Source of the DNA: Polyangiaceae bacterium
GTDB lineage: Bacteria; Myxococcota_A; Polyangia; Polyangiales; Polyangiaceae
NCBI GenBank assembly: GCA_044222475.1
Contig: JBGANF010000002.1
Span: forward strand, 64,001 to 128,000
Direction: 5' to 3'
Length of the DNA stretch: 64,000 bases
The position numbers and the translations under genes are program-made. Positions 9,570 to 18,800 of this stretch are shown one piece after another; positions within the stretch are counted from its first letter, which is position 1, and each line of letters starts with the position of its first letter. Below the pieces are notes generated by a model. That model searched no databases, had not been told where the DNA came from, and saw only the letters and a program-made list of their open reading frames with translations.

Positions 9570-9598
9570 TTGCCCTCGCCGGGCCGCCCGTGTACACC
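9570..9598 (+). promoter_or_regulatory. Putative promoter of the riboswitch transcript
   Basis: TTGCCC - 17 nt - TACACC, about 45 nt upstream of the riboswitch. Confidence 0.35.
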
Positions 9599-9642
9599 CG
9601 CGCCGTGCTCGCTTCACGGCGCGGTTGCGTCGCGGCGCGCAC

Positions 9643-9798
9643 CCTCGTGGAGTCGCCGAAGAGATCCTCTCTCCGGCATGGGAAGCTGGTGAAAATCCAG
9701 CGCGGCTCCCGCCACGGTGATCGGGAACGAACCGGCGCAGAATGCGCCGGGGAGGAAACTGCAGCACACCCGAAAGTCCGGAGACCGGACTCGCGAGG
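9643..9798 (+). ncRNA. Cobalamin (B12) riboswitch
   Basis: Core ATGGGAAGCTGGTGAAAATCCAGCGCGGCTCCCGCCACGGTGA, B12-box AAGTCCGGAGACCGG (9774-9788), closing stem CCTCGT/GAGT...ACTC/GCGAGG. Confidence 0.9.
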
Positions 9799-9842
9799 AG
9801 ACCTCTACGAGTCGCGCGGGAGTTGCGCGGCGAAAGGCATCC

Positions 9843-11129
9843 ATGAACGCGAATCCTCTTCGCGCGTTCGGCGCGCTCGCGCTGATCGGCGCACTCCTCC
9901 CGGCCTGCACCGGAGACGACATCACCTACGGTCCGCCGGACGCGGCGCCGAAGAGCGACGGCGGCGTCGACGCGACGCTGTCGGACGCGGGGTTCGTCGA
10001 CGCGGCCGTTCCCAAGACGCGGCTCCTCGCGATCGCGGTTGGCACGAAGGGCGAGCTCGTCGCCGTCGATCCGAGCGGCGCCCAGGTCGATGGTCGGCTC
10101 GTCTTCGACGGCGACGGCGTCACGAGCGCCGGCTATTTGTTGCAGACTGCAAAGGATCGGGTGAATCTCCTCGACCCCTTCGAGCCGTGGAAGATCCGCT
10201 CGAGCTGGACGGTCGCCGGCGACGACGCGTTCGACGGAGGAGAGGCGTACGCCGATCCGATCCAGGTCGTCCCTGTCGCGTCGAACAAGGCGTACGTCGT
10301 CCGGTACAACCGAAACAAGATCGCGGTCATCGATCCGACTCAGACCGCGGATGCCGGGGCGGCGACCAAGTACGTCGACCTCTCGTCGCTGCAACAAGCC
10401 GACGACACCGACGGTCACGTCGACATGAGCGGCGCGGTCTACGATCCGGTGCGCAAGCGCCTCTACGTGGCGCTCGCGAACGTCGATCTCAAGCGCTTCC
10501 TCGGCTTCGATCTCGAGTGCCCCCAGACGACGAGCACGCTCGTCGCCATCGACACGACGACCGACGCGATCGTGAGCCTCGGAGGCGGCGGCCCCGGCGG
10601 CAGCGTGAACCTGAAGGGCCGGAGCGTTCAGTTCGGCAACGTCGGCGGAGTCGTGTTCGACGCCGTGAAGGACCGTGTGTTCGTCGTGACCACCGGGTGC
10701 GCGGTCAAGGGCGACGGCGGGAACGTCCTCGTCGGGCGCGGGATCGAGGCCGTCGACCTGAAGACGAACGTGTCGACGGTGCTCCTCGACGGGAGCTCGC
10801 TCGATTTCCCCGGTGCGTTCGCCTACGAGGGCGAGCACGCCGCCTACGTCGCGTTCGGCTTCGGCGCGTTCGGAACGACGTACCGGTGGGACCCGGCCGT
10901 CCCGACCCTCGGCGCGCCGTTCGCGAAGGCGCCCGACACGTTCGCTCTCGACCGGAAGGGGAAGCAGCTCCTCGGACCTCAGTCCACGCTCTCGGCCGAC
11001 GGGGGGCCGGGACCGATCGTGATCCTCGCCGCGCCGACGGCCGACGGAGACGCCGGGGCCAAGGCGCTGGTCACGAGCCCGTTCAACGACCCGGGTTTCT
11101 ACCTCGGAAACGCGAGCATCGTCCCGTAG
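9843..11129 (+). CDS. B12-riboswitch-controlled lipoprotein, predicted beta-propeller (YncE/BtuG-like)
   Basis: Lipobox LLPAC; blade-like segments DPIQVVPVASNKAYVVRY, AVYDPVRKRLYVAL, VVFDAVKDRVFVV. Directly downstream of the riboswitch. Confidence 0.7.
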   Translation: MNANPLRAFGALALIGALLPACTGDDITYGPPDAAPKSDGGVDATLSDAGFVDAAVPKTRLLAIAVGTKGELVAVDPSGAQVDGRLVFDGDGVTSAGYLLQTAKDRVNLLDPFEPWKIRSSWTVAGDDAFDGGEAYADPIQVVPVASNKAYVVRYNRNKIAVIDPTQTADAGAATKYVDLSSLQQADDTDGHVDMSGAVYDPVRKRLYVALANVDLKRFLGFDLECPQTTSTLVAIDTTTDAIVSLGGGGPGGSVNLKGRSVQFGNVGGVVFDAVKDRVFVVTTGCAVKGDGGNVLVGRGIEAVDLKTNVSTVLLDGSSLDFPGAFAYEGEHAAYVAFGFGAFGTTYRWDPAVPTLGAPFAKAPDTFALDRKGKQLLGPQSTLSADGGPGPIVILAAPTADGDAGAKALVTSPFNDPGFYLGNASIVP

Positions 11130-11256
11130 CTGGCGATTTCGTGATCGTACGAGGCTCGGCCTGCCATTCAGGACGAAGGAGTCTGTCGACATGGCCAAGC
11201 TCTCACGTCCTCCCGAAACGCGTTCGCCGTCCCTCGAGTCCTGGTATCCTGGCGGA

Positions 11257-11973
11257 ATGAGAAAGCTCATCCTTCTTTCAGTCGTCATGGGCGCGGGGGC
11301 GGTCGTTGCGTGTACGGGCGATCCCGTGACCGTGCAGCCGCCGGTAGATGCATCCACGAACGACGGCAACGTCATCAAAGACGGCTCGTCGAACGACGGC
11401 ACCGTCACCGACGACGCTGGTGACGACGGCGGTCTCGTCGAGCTCGACGGTGGCACCGTCGACGACGCTGGCGGAAACCCGGATCCGGACGGCGGCGTCT
11501 CGATCGACGCCGGTGCCGACGCCGGCGTGTGCGGGCCCCCGTCCGGCAACGGGCCGACGTTCAGCTCGACATGCTCCTCCAACCTCATCATCTACACCGG
11601 CGGTACGCTCGCGGTGGGAACCTACGATCTCACCGGCTTCACCGTCGTCGGTAGCACGTCGTACTGCGGGACGTACGTTCCGGGCACCTACTCGGGCAAG
11701 CTCGTCGTCACCTCACTCGGCAACGGCAGCTACCGCTTCGACGAGCGTGCGGTCCGGTCGAACGTCATCTCTCTCCCGCAGAACCGCAGCTACACCGTCA
11801 CGGCGGCCGGCAGCACGCTGACGGCGACCCAGACGTGTGGCTACGCCATCAACGACACCTCCTGGGGCTACAGCTCGGGCAAGGTCAACACCGACGCTGG
11901 CGTCAAGGTGGGCCTCACGTACGCCCATGCTCTCGGCACCGCTTCGATCCGCTATCGCTGGACCCACCAGTAG
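11257..11973 (+). CDS. Hypothetical lipoprotein
   Basis: MRKLILLSVVMGAGAVVAC lipobox, acidic DGG linker, beta-rich C-terminal domain. Confidence 0.75.
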   Translation: MRKLILLSVVMGAGAVVACTGDPVTVQPPVDASTNDGNVIKDGSSNDGTVTDDAGDDGGLVELDGGTVDDAGGNPDPDGGVSIDAGADAGVCGPPSGNGPTFSSTCSSNLIIYTGGTLAVGTYDLTGFTVVGSTSYCGTYVPGTYSGKLVVTSLGNGSYRFDERAVRSNVISLPQNRSYTVTAAGSTLTATQTCGYAINDTSWGYSSGKVNTDAGVKVGLTYAHALGTASIRYRWTHQ

Positions 11974-11985
11974 CCGTCACGCTCG

Positions 11986-13644
11986 TCACCTCGTGACCGC
12001 TCGCGCTCCACGGACGCCCTGCGTCTCGTCGAGCGCGAGCAGGAAGTCTCCGAGGAACCGACCGCGGTCCGCGATCTTGTCGGGCATGGCGATTGCGCGG
12101 AGCGTTCGATCGATCGCGCGGCCGTAGCGCGGCGCGCGATCGGGCGACTTCCTCGCGAGATCGGCGAGGACGCGGAGCATCACGACGTTGTCCTCGAACG
12201 GCTTCCGCCGCACGGCGAAGATTCCGACGGCGCCCTTGTCTTCGGTGTGGGCGTAGAAGCCGCCGGCCTTGGCGTCCTCCATCGACGCGAGGATCGCGTC
12301 GACGAGGGCGAGCGCCTTCGGGAGTCGCTCCTTCTGCCCGGCGTCGACGAGGGCGACGAGGCCCCACGCGAAGGCAGCGTTGTCGGCGAGGTGGGCGACC
12401 GCGGCCTCAGACCCCGCCGCATGGTCGGGGCTAGCGTCGGCGTCGTGGGCCAGCAGGCCGTCCTTGCGTTCGTGGGTCTGGACGATGCGGTCCGCGGCGC
12501 GCGCCGCACGGGCCACCGCCCCGGCATCTCCGAGCCATTTCGCGTAGGTGCAGTATGCATGGATCGCGAGGCCGTTCTCGCGCGGGTACTCGTGGGTGTC
12601 GACGCGGGGCATCCCGAGCGCGAGCCTCCCGGCTTCGTCCTTCGCGTAGTACTCGTGGCCGGTGAGGAAGGTCTTCCCCCGCTCGTGCGCGTTCAGGTCG
12701 GCGTCCTGCGTCGTGTAGAAGCCGCCCTCGGGTCCCGACAGGAAGCGATCGATGTAGGACTTGATCGCGACGGCCGCCTTCACGAAGCGTGCATCACCGG
12801 TGAGCTTGCCCGCCTCGGCGTAGTTCTCGAGCGCGCCCGCGTTGAAGTACATGAGCTTCTCGAAGTGGGCGTGCTTCCAATCGCCGTCGGTCGAGTACTG
12901 GTAGATGCCGCCCCAGACCGGATCGATGATGTCGAGCTGCTTCTCGAGCGAGAAGAGCGCGCGCTTCTTCGCGACGTCGCCGCCGGCGCGACCCCGCGCG
13001 AGCGACCACGCGTTGTCGTAGAAGAGCGGCACCTTCTGCTCGTGACCCCAGCTGCCTTGCTCCTCGTCCCAACGCTCGTCGAGGAGGAGCGCGGTCATGC
13101 GGGCGATCCACGCGAGGTGCTCCTCGGTGAGGGGCGCGTCGGGGATCGGCGGCTCCTCGGTGGGTGTCCCGCTGCCCGCCTTGGTGCCGGCGGCGACGAC
13201 GTCGCTCAAGATGTCCTTGAAGCTCGCCGGATCGAGGAAGCCTTTGTACTTCCCGAGCTCGATCGCGTCGGGCGAGAAGATGACCGTCGCCGGCCATCCG
13301 TACTCGGCGTAGCGCTCCTCGACGTCGGGCCGCGCGTCGACGTCGACCTTGGCCGCGAGGAAGTGGGCGTCGATGAGCTTTCGCACCTCGGGGTCGTGGT
13401 AGGTCACGGCCTCCATCACGTGGCACCAGTGGCACCACTCGGCCGAGCCATCCATGATGACGAACTTGTTCTCGGCCTTGGCGCGGGCGAAGAGCTTGGC
13501 GTCGAACGCGAGCCAGGGGAGCTCTTCCTTCGGGGTGGCGTCCCAATGTGGGACGGGAGCGGCGGCTGTCGTCGGCGCGACCGCTGGGGCGCACGCGGCG
13601 ACGGATCAGACGAGAGGGAGAACGGAGGAGACGCACTCGGACAT
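11986..13644 (-). CDS. DUF255/YyaL (SSP411-like) thioredoxin-domain protein; 5' end apparently disrupted
   Basis: AEWCHWCHVME, RPDV...GWPATV, DPVWGG, HFEKLM, GGFYTTQDAD. The frame stays open upstream to VAAC but has an in-frame TGA at 13608-13606. Confidence 0.85.
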
Positions 13645-13671
13645 TCTACGCGCGAGACCGGTTTCGTGGTT

Positions 13672-13812
13672 GCGCAGGGCTGCCAGCGTCTCGCAACTCA
13701 CTCCAGATGCAGAGCACCTCCCGAAGTCTCCATCTCGCTTCCGCGCGCAGGGCTGCCAGCGTCTCGCCACTCACCCCAGGTGCAAAGCACCCTGCCAGTT
13801 TCTCCCACTCAC
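13672..13812. repeat. Intergenic imperfect direct repeats (47 bp x2, period 73 bp, plus a partial third copy)
   Basis: GCGCAGGGCTGCCAGCGTCTCGCAACTCACTCCAGATGCAGAGCACC (13672-13718) vs GCGCAGGGCTGCCAGCGTCTCGCCACTCACCCCAGGTGCAAAGCACC (13745-13791). Partial CTGCCAGTTTCTCCCACTCAC at 13792-13812. Confidence 0.85.
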
Positions 13813-14885
13813 ATCCCTCGCAGCATTCTCCAATCCAGGACGAGGGCCTCCCGCGGCGAAACCGACAGCTCGATGCTCCGGTGCAGCCCCACCGCGTCTC
13901 CCCCGATCTCCAGCGGCATCGGGCGTGAGAACGTCATCCGAACCGACTTGGCGAACCAGTCGTGCATGCCGCGGAGCGGGTAGGTGCCACGCCAGAGGCG
14001 CGGAATGCTGCCGATCGCGCCGCCTGCGGTGCGGTCGTAGATGCGGACGTTGATCATCCCGAGGAAGCGCTCCGCGTGGGGGAACGCCTTGAAGTGGTAG
14101 CCGTACTCCGCGATCGTCGCCGCGCCAGCCACGCTCGCCGGACCGTCGTAGAGGACCGCGCCGTGGCCGACCTCGGCCAGTCGCAGGAGCTTCTGATCCG
14201 CGGTCATCGTGTAGACCTCGTCGCCGCGGTTCTCGATGATCACGTGCGGCCGTCCGAAGAGGATCGTCTTCGGCGCGGTGCGGAAGAGCATCGCCGTGAG
14301 GTAGCCGTAGACGCTCTTCGCGAAGAAGCGCGGCGGGCCCTTCGACGCGGCGAGCTGGTCCTTGTAGTCGTTTAGGATCTGCGCGTCCCAGCCGCACCCG
14401 GCGAAGCAGCTCAGCGTGCCGTTGCAGTCGACGAGGCCGAAGCGGCGGAGGGGCAGACCGACGCCGCGCTTGCGCGCGGTGCGGAGCAGATCGAGGGACT
14501 CCGAGAGCTTCGGCGCGCCGACGACGTTCGCCCACGCGTTCCCGGTTCCGAGCTTGAGGAACCCGACCGGCGGGAGCGGACCCTCCGGCACGACGCGAGC
14601 GAGCGCGTTGACGAGCGAGATCGCGGTTCCGTCGCCGCCGGCAGCGAGGAAGCAGAGCGGTTGGCGGCGGGGAAGGATCTCTCGCAGCCACGCGTCGACC
14701 TCGCCCTGCGACTTCGTGAGGCGAACGTCCGCGGCCGGCAGCTCGCGCGCGATCTGAACCGCGACGCGGCGGCCGCCGCGCTTCGCGTTCGCGTTCACGA
14801 GGACGGCGATGCCGACGCCACCTTCGCCTGGGGCTTCGAGCGGAGGCGCGCTCGGCCTCGGAGACGCGGCGACGTCGACGATCAT
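13809..14885 (-). CDS. Diacylglycerol/lipid kinase family protein (YegS/DAGK_cat)
   Basis: VNANAKRG, AAGGDGT, LGTGNAWA, EIGGD. Real start ATG 14885 within the longer ORF. Confidence 0.88.
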   Translation of the reverse strand: MIVDVAASPRPSAPPLEAPGEGGVGIAVLVNANAKRGGRRVAVQIARELPAADVRLTKSQGEVDAWLREILPRRQPLCFLAAGGDGTAISLVNALARVVPEGPLPPVGFLKLGTGNAWANVVGAPKLSESLDLLRTARKRGVGLPLRRFGLVDCNGTLSCFAGCGWDAQILNDYKDQLAASKGPPRFFAKSVYGYLTAMLFRTAPKTILFGRPHVIIENRGDEVYTMTADQKLLRLAEVGHGAVLYDGPASVAGAATIAEYGYHFKAFPHAERFLGMINVRIYDRTAGGAIGSIPRLWRGTYPLRGMHDWFAKSVRMTFSRPMPLEIGGDAVGLHRSIELSVSPREALVLDWRMLRGM

Positions 14886-15604
14886 CGTCCCTCCGTCAGG
14901 CCTTGCGCGATCGCTGCGCGCACGTCGGCGATGAGCGCGTCGCGGCCGGGCTTGCCTCGGGCGGCGTACGGCGCCGTGTCGATCGGCGGCGCGATGCTCA
15001 CCCGCACGACCGCGCCGGCGATCGAACGCGCCGCCGACGGTGGAAGAGCGTCCCTCGTGCCGTCGACCGAGACCGGGAGGATCGGGAGACCCATCTCGAT
15101 CGCGAGGTTGAAGCCACCCTTCTTGAAAGGCAAGAGCTCCCCGGTCTTGCTCCGGGTTCCCTCCGGCGCGATGAAGACGTTGAAGCCCTGCGCGAGGATC
15201 GACTTCGCCTTGTCCAAGCTCGCCACCGCTCGCGCGCGATTGCTTCGGTCGACGGAGATGAAGCCAGCCGCTTCCATCGCCGCTCCGAACACCGGGACGC
15301 GGAAGAGCTCCTTCTTCGCGACCATGCGGATGTTGCCGCCGAGCACGTGGTAGAGCACCGGGATGTCGTAGTGCGACTGGTGGTTGCTCATGATCACGTA
15401 CGTGCGCGCCCGATCCTGATGCTCCCGTCCGTGGACCTCGAGCCGCAGCTCCAGGTTCTCGACGACGCGCGCGCTCCACGAGGCGAGCCGGCGGTTGCAC
15501 TCCTCCATGTCGATGCGATGGCGCGAGGCATCGACCACGGTGGGAAACGAGATCGCGAACGTCTCGTAGACGTTGCGGAGCGAGAGCGCCAAGGACCGCG
15601 CCAT
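14882..15604 (-). CDS. plsC: 1-acyl-sn-glycerol-3-phosphate acyltransferase
   Basis: NHQSHYDIP, AKKELF, PEGTRS, FKKGGF. Start ATG 15604 with AAGGA SD. Confidence 0.92.
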   Translation of the reverse strand: MARSLALSLRNVYETFAISFPTVVDASRHRIDMEECNRRLASWSARVVENLELRLEVHGREHQDRARTYVIMSNHQSHYDIPVLYHVLGGNIRMVAKKELFRVPVFGAAMEAAGFISVDRSNRARAVASLDKAKSILAQGFNVFIAPEGTRSKTGELLPFKKGGFNLAIEMGLPILPVSVDGTRDALPPSAARSIAGAVVRVSIAPPIDTAPYAARGKPGRDALIADVRAAIAQGLTEGR

Positions 15605-15853
15605 TTCCTTGGAAAGCCAAGCAGCCCCGGGCGCGCCGGCGCAAGGGAATTCGGCGCTTTTTCGAGCGTGAAAGAGGTGCCAGACCGCTCTTGCGATCGG
15701 CTCGCCGGGGCCGTAGCATCGGAAAACTCCGCTGGGAATTCCCGTGCGGTTTCGAGCAGTTCCGCTGTCTGGGTGCGCCCTCGCAGCTTCCTCCCTGCAT
15801 CGCCCTGCCTTCGGGTGCGATGCGGGCTCGCAGTCCCCTCCCTCAGGTGATGG

Positions 15854-18800
15854 ATGAGCGCTCAAGACCTTCGTAGCTCTCTCGGTTTGCTCCAGGACGA
15901 TCCCGAAAACGAGTCCGCGTACGCGCAGCTCTCGCAGGCCATCGGCAAAGGAGACGTCGAAGGGATGACGCGTGAAGAGGTCGGGCGCCTCCTCGCCTCG
16001 GCCCGCCACGCGCACGAAGGGCGGCGCGAGCACGACGCCGCGGCGTCCTTGCTCGAGCTCGAGCTGGTCGTCGCTCAGGGCGGCCCGATGGAGCACGAGC
16101 TCCTGATGATGCTCGCTCGCACGTGCGAGCAGGAGCTCTTCGACGACGCCCGCGCGGCCGCAGCCTTCGAGCGGATCGTCGCTCTCGTCCCGGGAGACGC
16201 CGCCGCCGCCGAGGCCCTCGAGCGCATCTCGGCCAAGCGAAGCAAGTGGAACGATCTCGTTCTGCGCTACGTCGAAGAGGCGAACGCCGCCGGCGAGCCC
16301 GGCTTCAAGAGCTCGCTCCTCGTGAGCGCCGCCGAGGTCGCCTACCGATACGGCCGACACGCGATCCAGAGCTCCGGCGAGAAGGGCATCAAGAAGAAGC
16401 TCGCGGCGCTCAACGCCGAGATCATGCAGCGGCTCGAAGAAGCGTTCCGCCTCGATCCGCGGAGCCGCCGCTGCGCGGCGCTGCTCGAGCGCGTGTACCG
16501 CGAGCACAAGAAGTGGGAAGAGCTCGCCCAGGTCCTCGAGAAGGCCGGCGCCGAGTCGACGGTCAAGGAAGAGAAGACGGCGGCCTTCGTCCGCCTCGCG
16601 CGCGTCCTCACGAAGAAGCTCGAGTCTCCGGAGCGAGCGGTGGCCGCGTACGAGCGCGTGCTCGATCTTTCGCCCGGTCACAACGAGGCGACGACCGCGC
16701 TGGTCGACTTCTTCACCTCGCGTGAGATGTGGGATCACCTCGTCTCGCTCTACGACGAGCAGCTCGCGGCTTCGCAGCGCGCGGGTCATCCGGATCCGGG
16801 CATCGCGTTCCAGATCGCGATGGTCCACTGGCGCATGCGCGGTCGCGCCGACGCCGCCGAGCCCTACTTCGAGAAGCTCCGCAAGGTCGAGCCGGCGCAC
16901 CCCGGCATGCTCAACTTCTTCCGCGAGTACCTCGGGCAGAAGGGGGACAACGCGAAGCTCAGCCAAGTCCTGACCGACGCGCAGCGGGCGATGCCGGAGG
17001 GACCGGCACGCGCGCAGATCGCGGTCGAGCTCGCACGCCTTGCCGAAGAAGGCGCGAACGCGACGAAGGCGATCGAGCAGTGGCGTGCCCTCCTGCGTCA
17101 GGATCCGACGAACCACGACGCGCGAGACGCGCTCAAGCGCCTCTACCGTCAATCGGCGGCGTGGCCGGCGCTCGGCGACCTGCTCCGCGGCGAGCTCGAG
17201 AAGATCCCCGCGGACGACAAGGCAGCGCGGCTCCCGATCCTCAAGGAGATCGCGGTGCTCTATCGCGACCACCTGAAAAACGACGCCGGTCTCGTGTCGG
17301 TGCTCACGCAGATCTCGGCGCTCGATCCGGACGACACCGAGACGGTCCGCGAGCTCGTGCGCGTGTACGAGGCGCTCGGGCGCGTCCGCGATCTCCTCGT
17401 GTCCCAGGCTCGCCTCGCCGACCTGGAGACGGATCCGGGGACCAAGGCCGAGCTCCATCGTCTCGTCGCGCGTCGCTACCTCGAGCAGTTCTCGAACGTG
17501 CAGAACGCGACCGAGGCGTACGAGAAGCTCATCCAGATCCTCCCGCAGGACCCCGAGGCGACGGAGAAGCTCAAGGAGCTCTACGTCAAGCGTCGCTCCT
17601 ACAAGCCGCTCTACGATCTCATGGAGGCCGAGGCCTCGCGTCTCGGCGAAGGCCCCGAGCGGCGCGCCGCGTGGATCGAGATGGCAAAGCTCGCCGGCGA
17701 ACGCCTCGATCGCGCCGAGGATGCCGTCGCCCTGTATCGCAAGGTCCTCGAGGAGGAGCCGGGCGCGCTCGCCGCGCTCGACGCGCTCGAGAAGCTCGCC
17801 GAGCGCGAGAAGGACTATCCCACCGTCGCCGATGCGCTCGAGCGGCGCCTCCTCGTCACCGAAGGGGAGCAAGCGAAGCTGTCGGTGCTGCAGAAGCTCG
17901 GCGTCCTCTACGCCGAGCGCCTCCAGGATCCCAAGGGCACCGTGCGAACGTTCCGGCGCGTGCTCGAGGTGTCACCGGGGAACGCGAAGGCGCTCCGCGT
18001 CCTCCGCGATGCGTACCTCGGGTCCGGTGACTACGACGGCCTCGAAGCCCTCTTCGCCGAGTCGCAGGACTGGGAAGGGCTCGCGGACGTGCTCTCGAGC
18101 GCGGCCGACCGCGCGACGGACTCCGCCGCGAAGGTCGAGCTTTCGTTCCGCAGCGCGGACGTCTACGTCAACAAGATCCAGTCGCCCGAGCGCGCGTTCC
18201 GCGCGTACGAGCGCGTTCTCTCCGTCCGCCCGGACGACGCACGCGCCGCCGCTGCGCTCATCCCCCTCTACGAGAAGGAAGAGCGCTGGCCGCGCTTGCC
18301 CCCGCTGTACGAGGTGCTCCTCGCCCACGCCGGGTCCACCGCGGAGAAGCTCGAGCTGCTCGGCAAGCTCGTCTCGATCACGTCCGAGAAGCTCCAAGAC
18401 GGCGGAGCCGCGTTCGGCTACGCGCGCAAAGCGTACGAGCTCGCGCCCGACGCTCCGGGGGCGCTCGACGCGCTCGAAGCGGTCGCGCGACGGAGCCGCG
18501 AGTGGAGCGCGTTCGTCGACACGATCGAGGCTCGCGAGAAATCGGCGAGCGACGCCGAGGAGAAGCGCGCGCTCGCGGCGAAGAAGGCGGAGATCTCGGC
18601 GACCGAGCTCGGCAAGGTCGACGAAGCCATCGCGACGTATCGTGCTCTCGTCGAGCAGAACCCCGATGACGAGGTAGCCGTCGGCGCGCTCGATCGCATC
18701 CTGCGCAGTGCCGACCGTCGCGACGACCTGCGATGGCTCTACGACCTCCGCGTCGAGCGCGCGAACACCGCGCAGAAGCTCGAGCTGTTGAACGAGTGGG

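Noticed and set aside
13606..13608. Selenocysteine codon
   Set aside because: The TGA falls in the signal-peptide region, not at the CxxC site (CHWC is intact), and no SECIS could be recognised.
13672..13812. CRISPR array
   Set aside because: Only two full non-identical copies, a short spacer, no palindrome and no cas genes in the window. Kept as a plain repeat.
15666..15682. Sigma54 promoter for plsC (TGGCAC on the minus strand)
   Set aside because: No GC at the -12 position (TGGCACCTCTTTCAC).
13809..17872. Long 663-aa and 996-aa ORF-track proteins suggesting fusions
   Set aside because: Only the 3' parts carry DAGK and PlsC motifs; the extensions are shadow frames of neighbouring genes.
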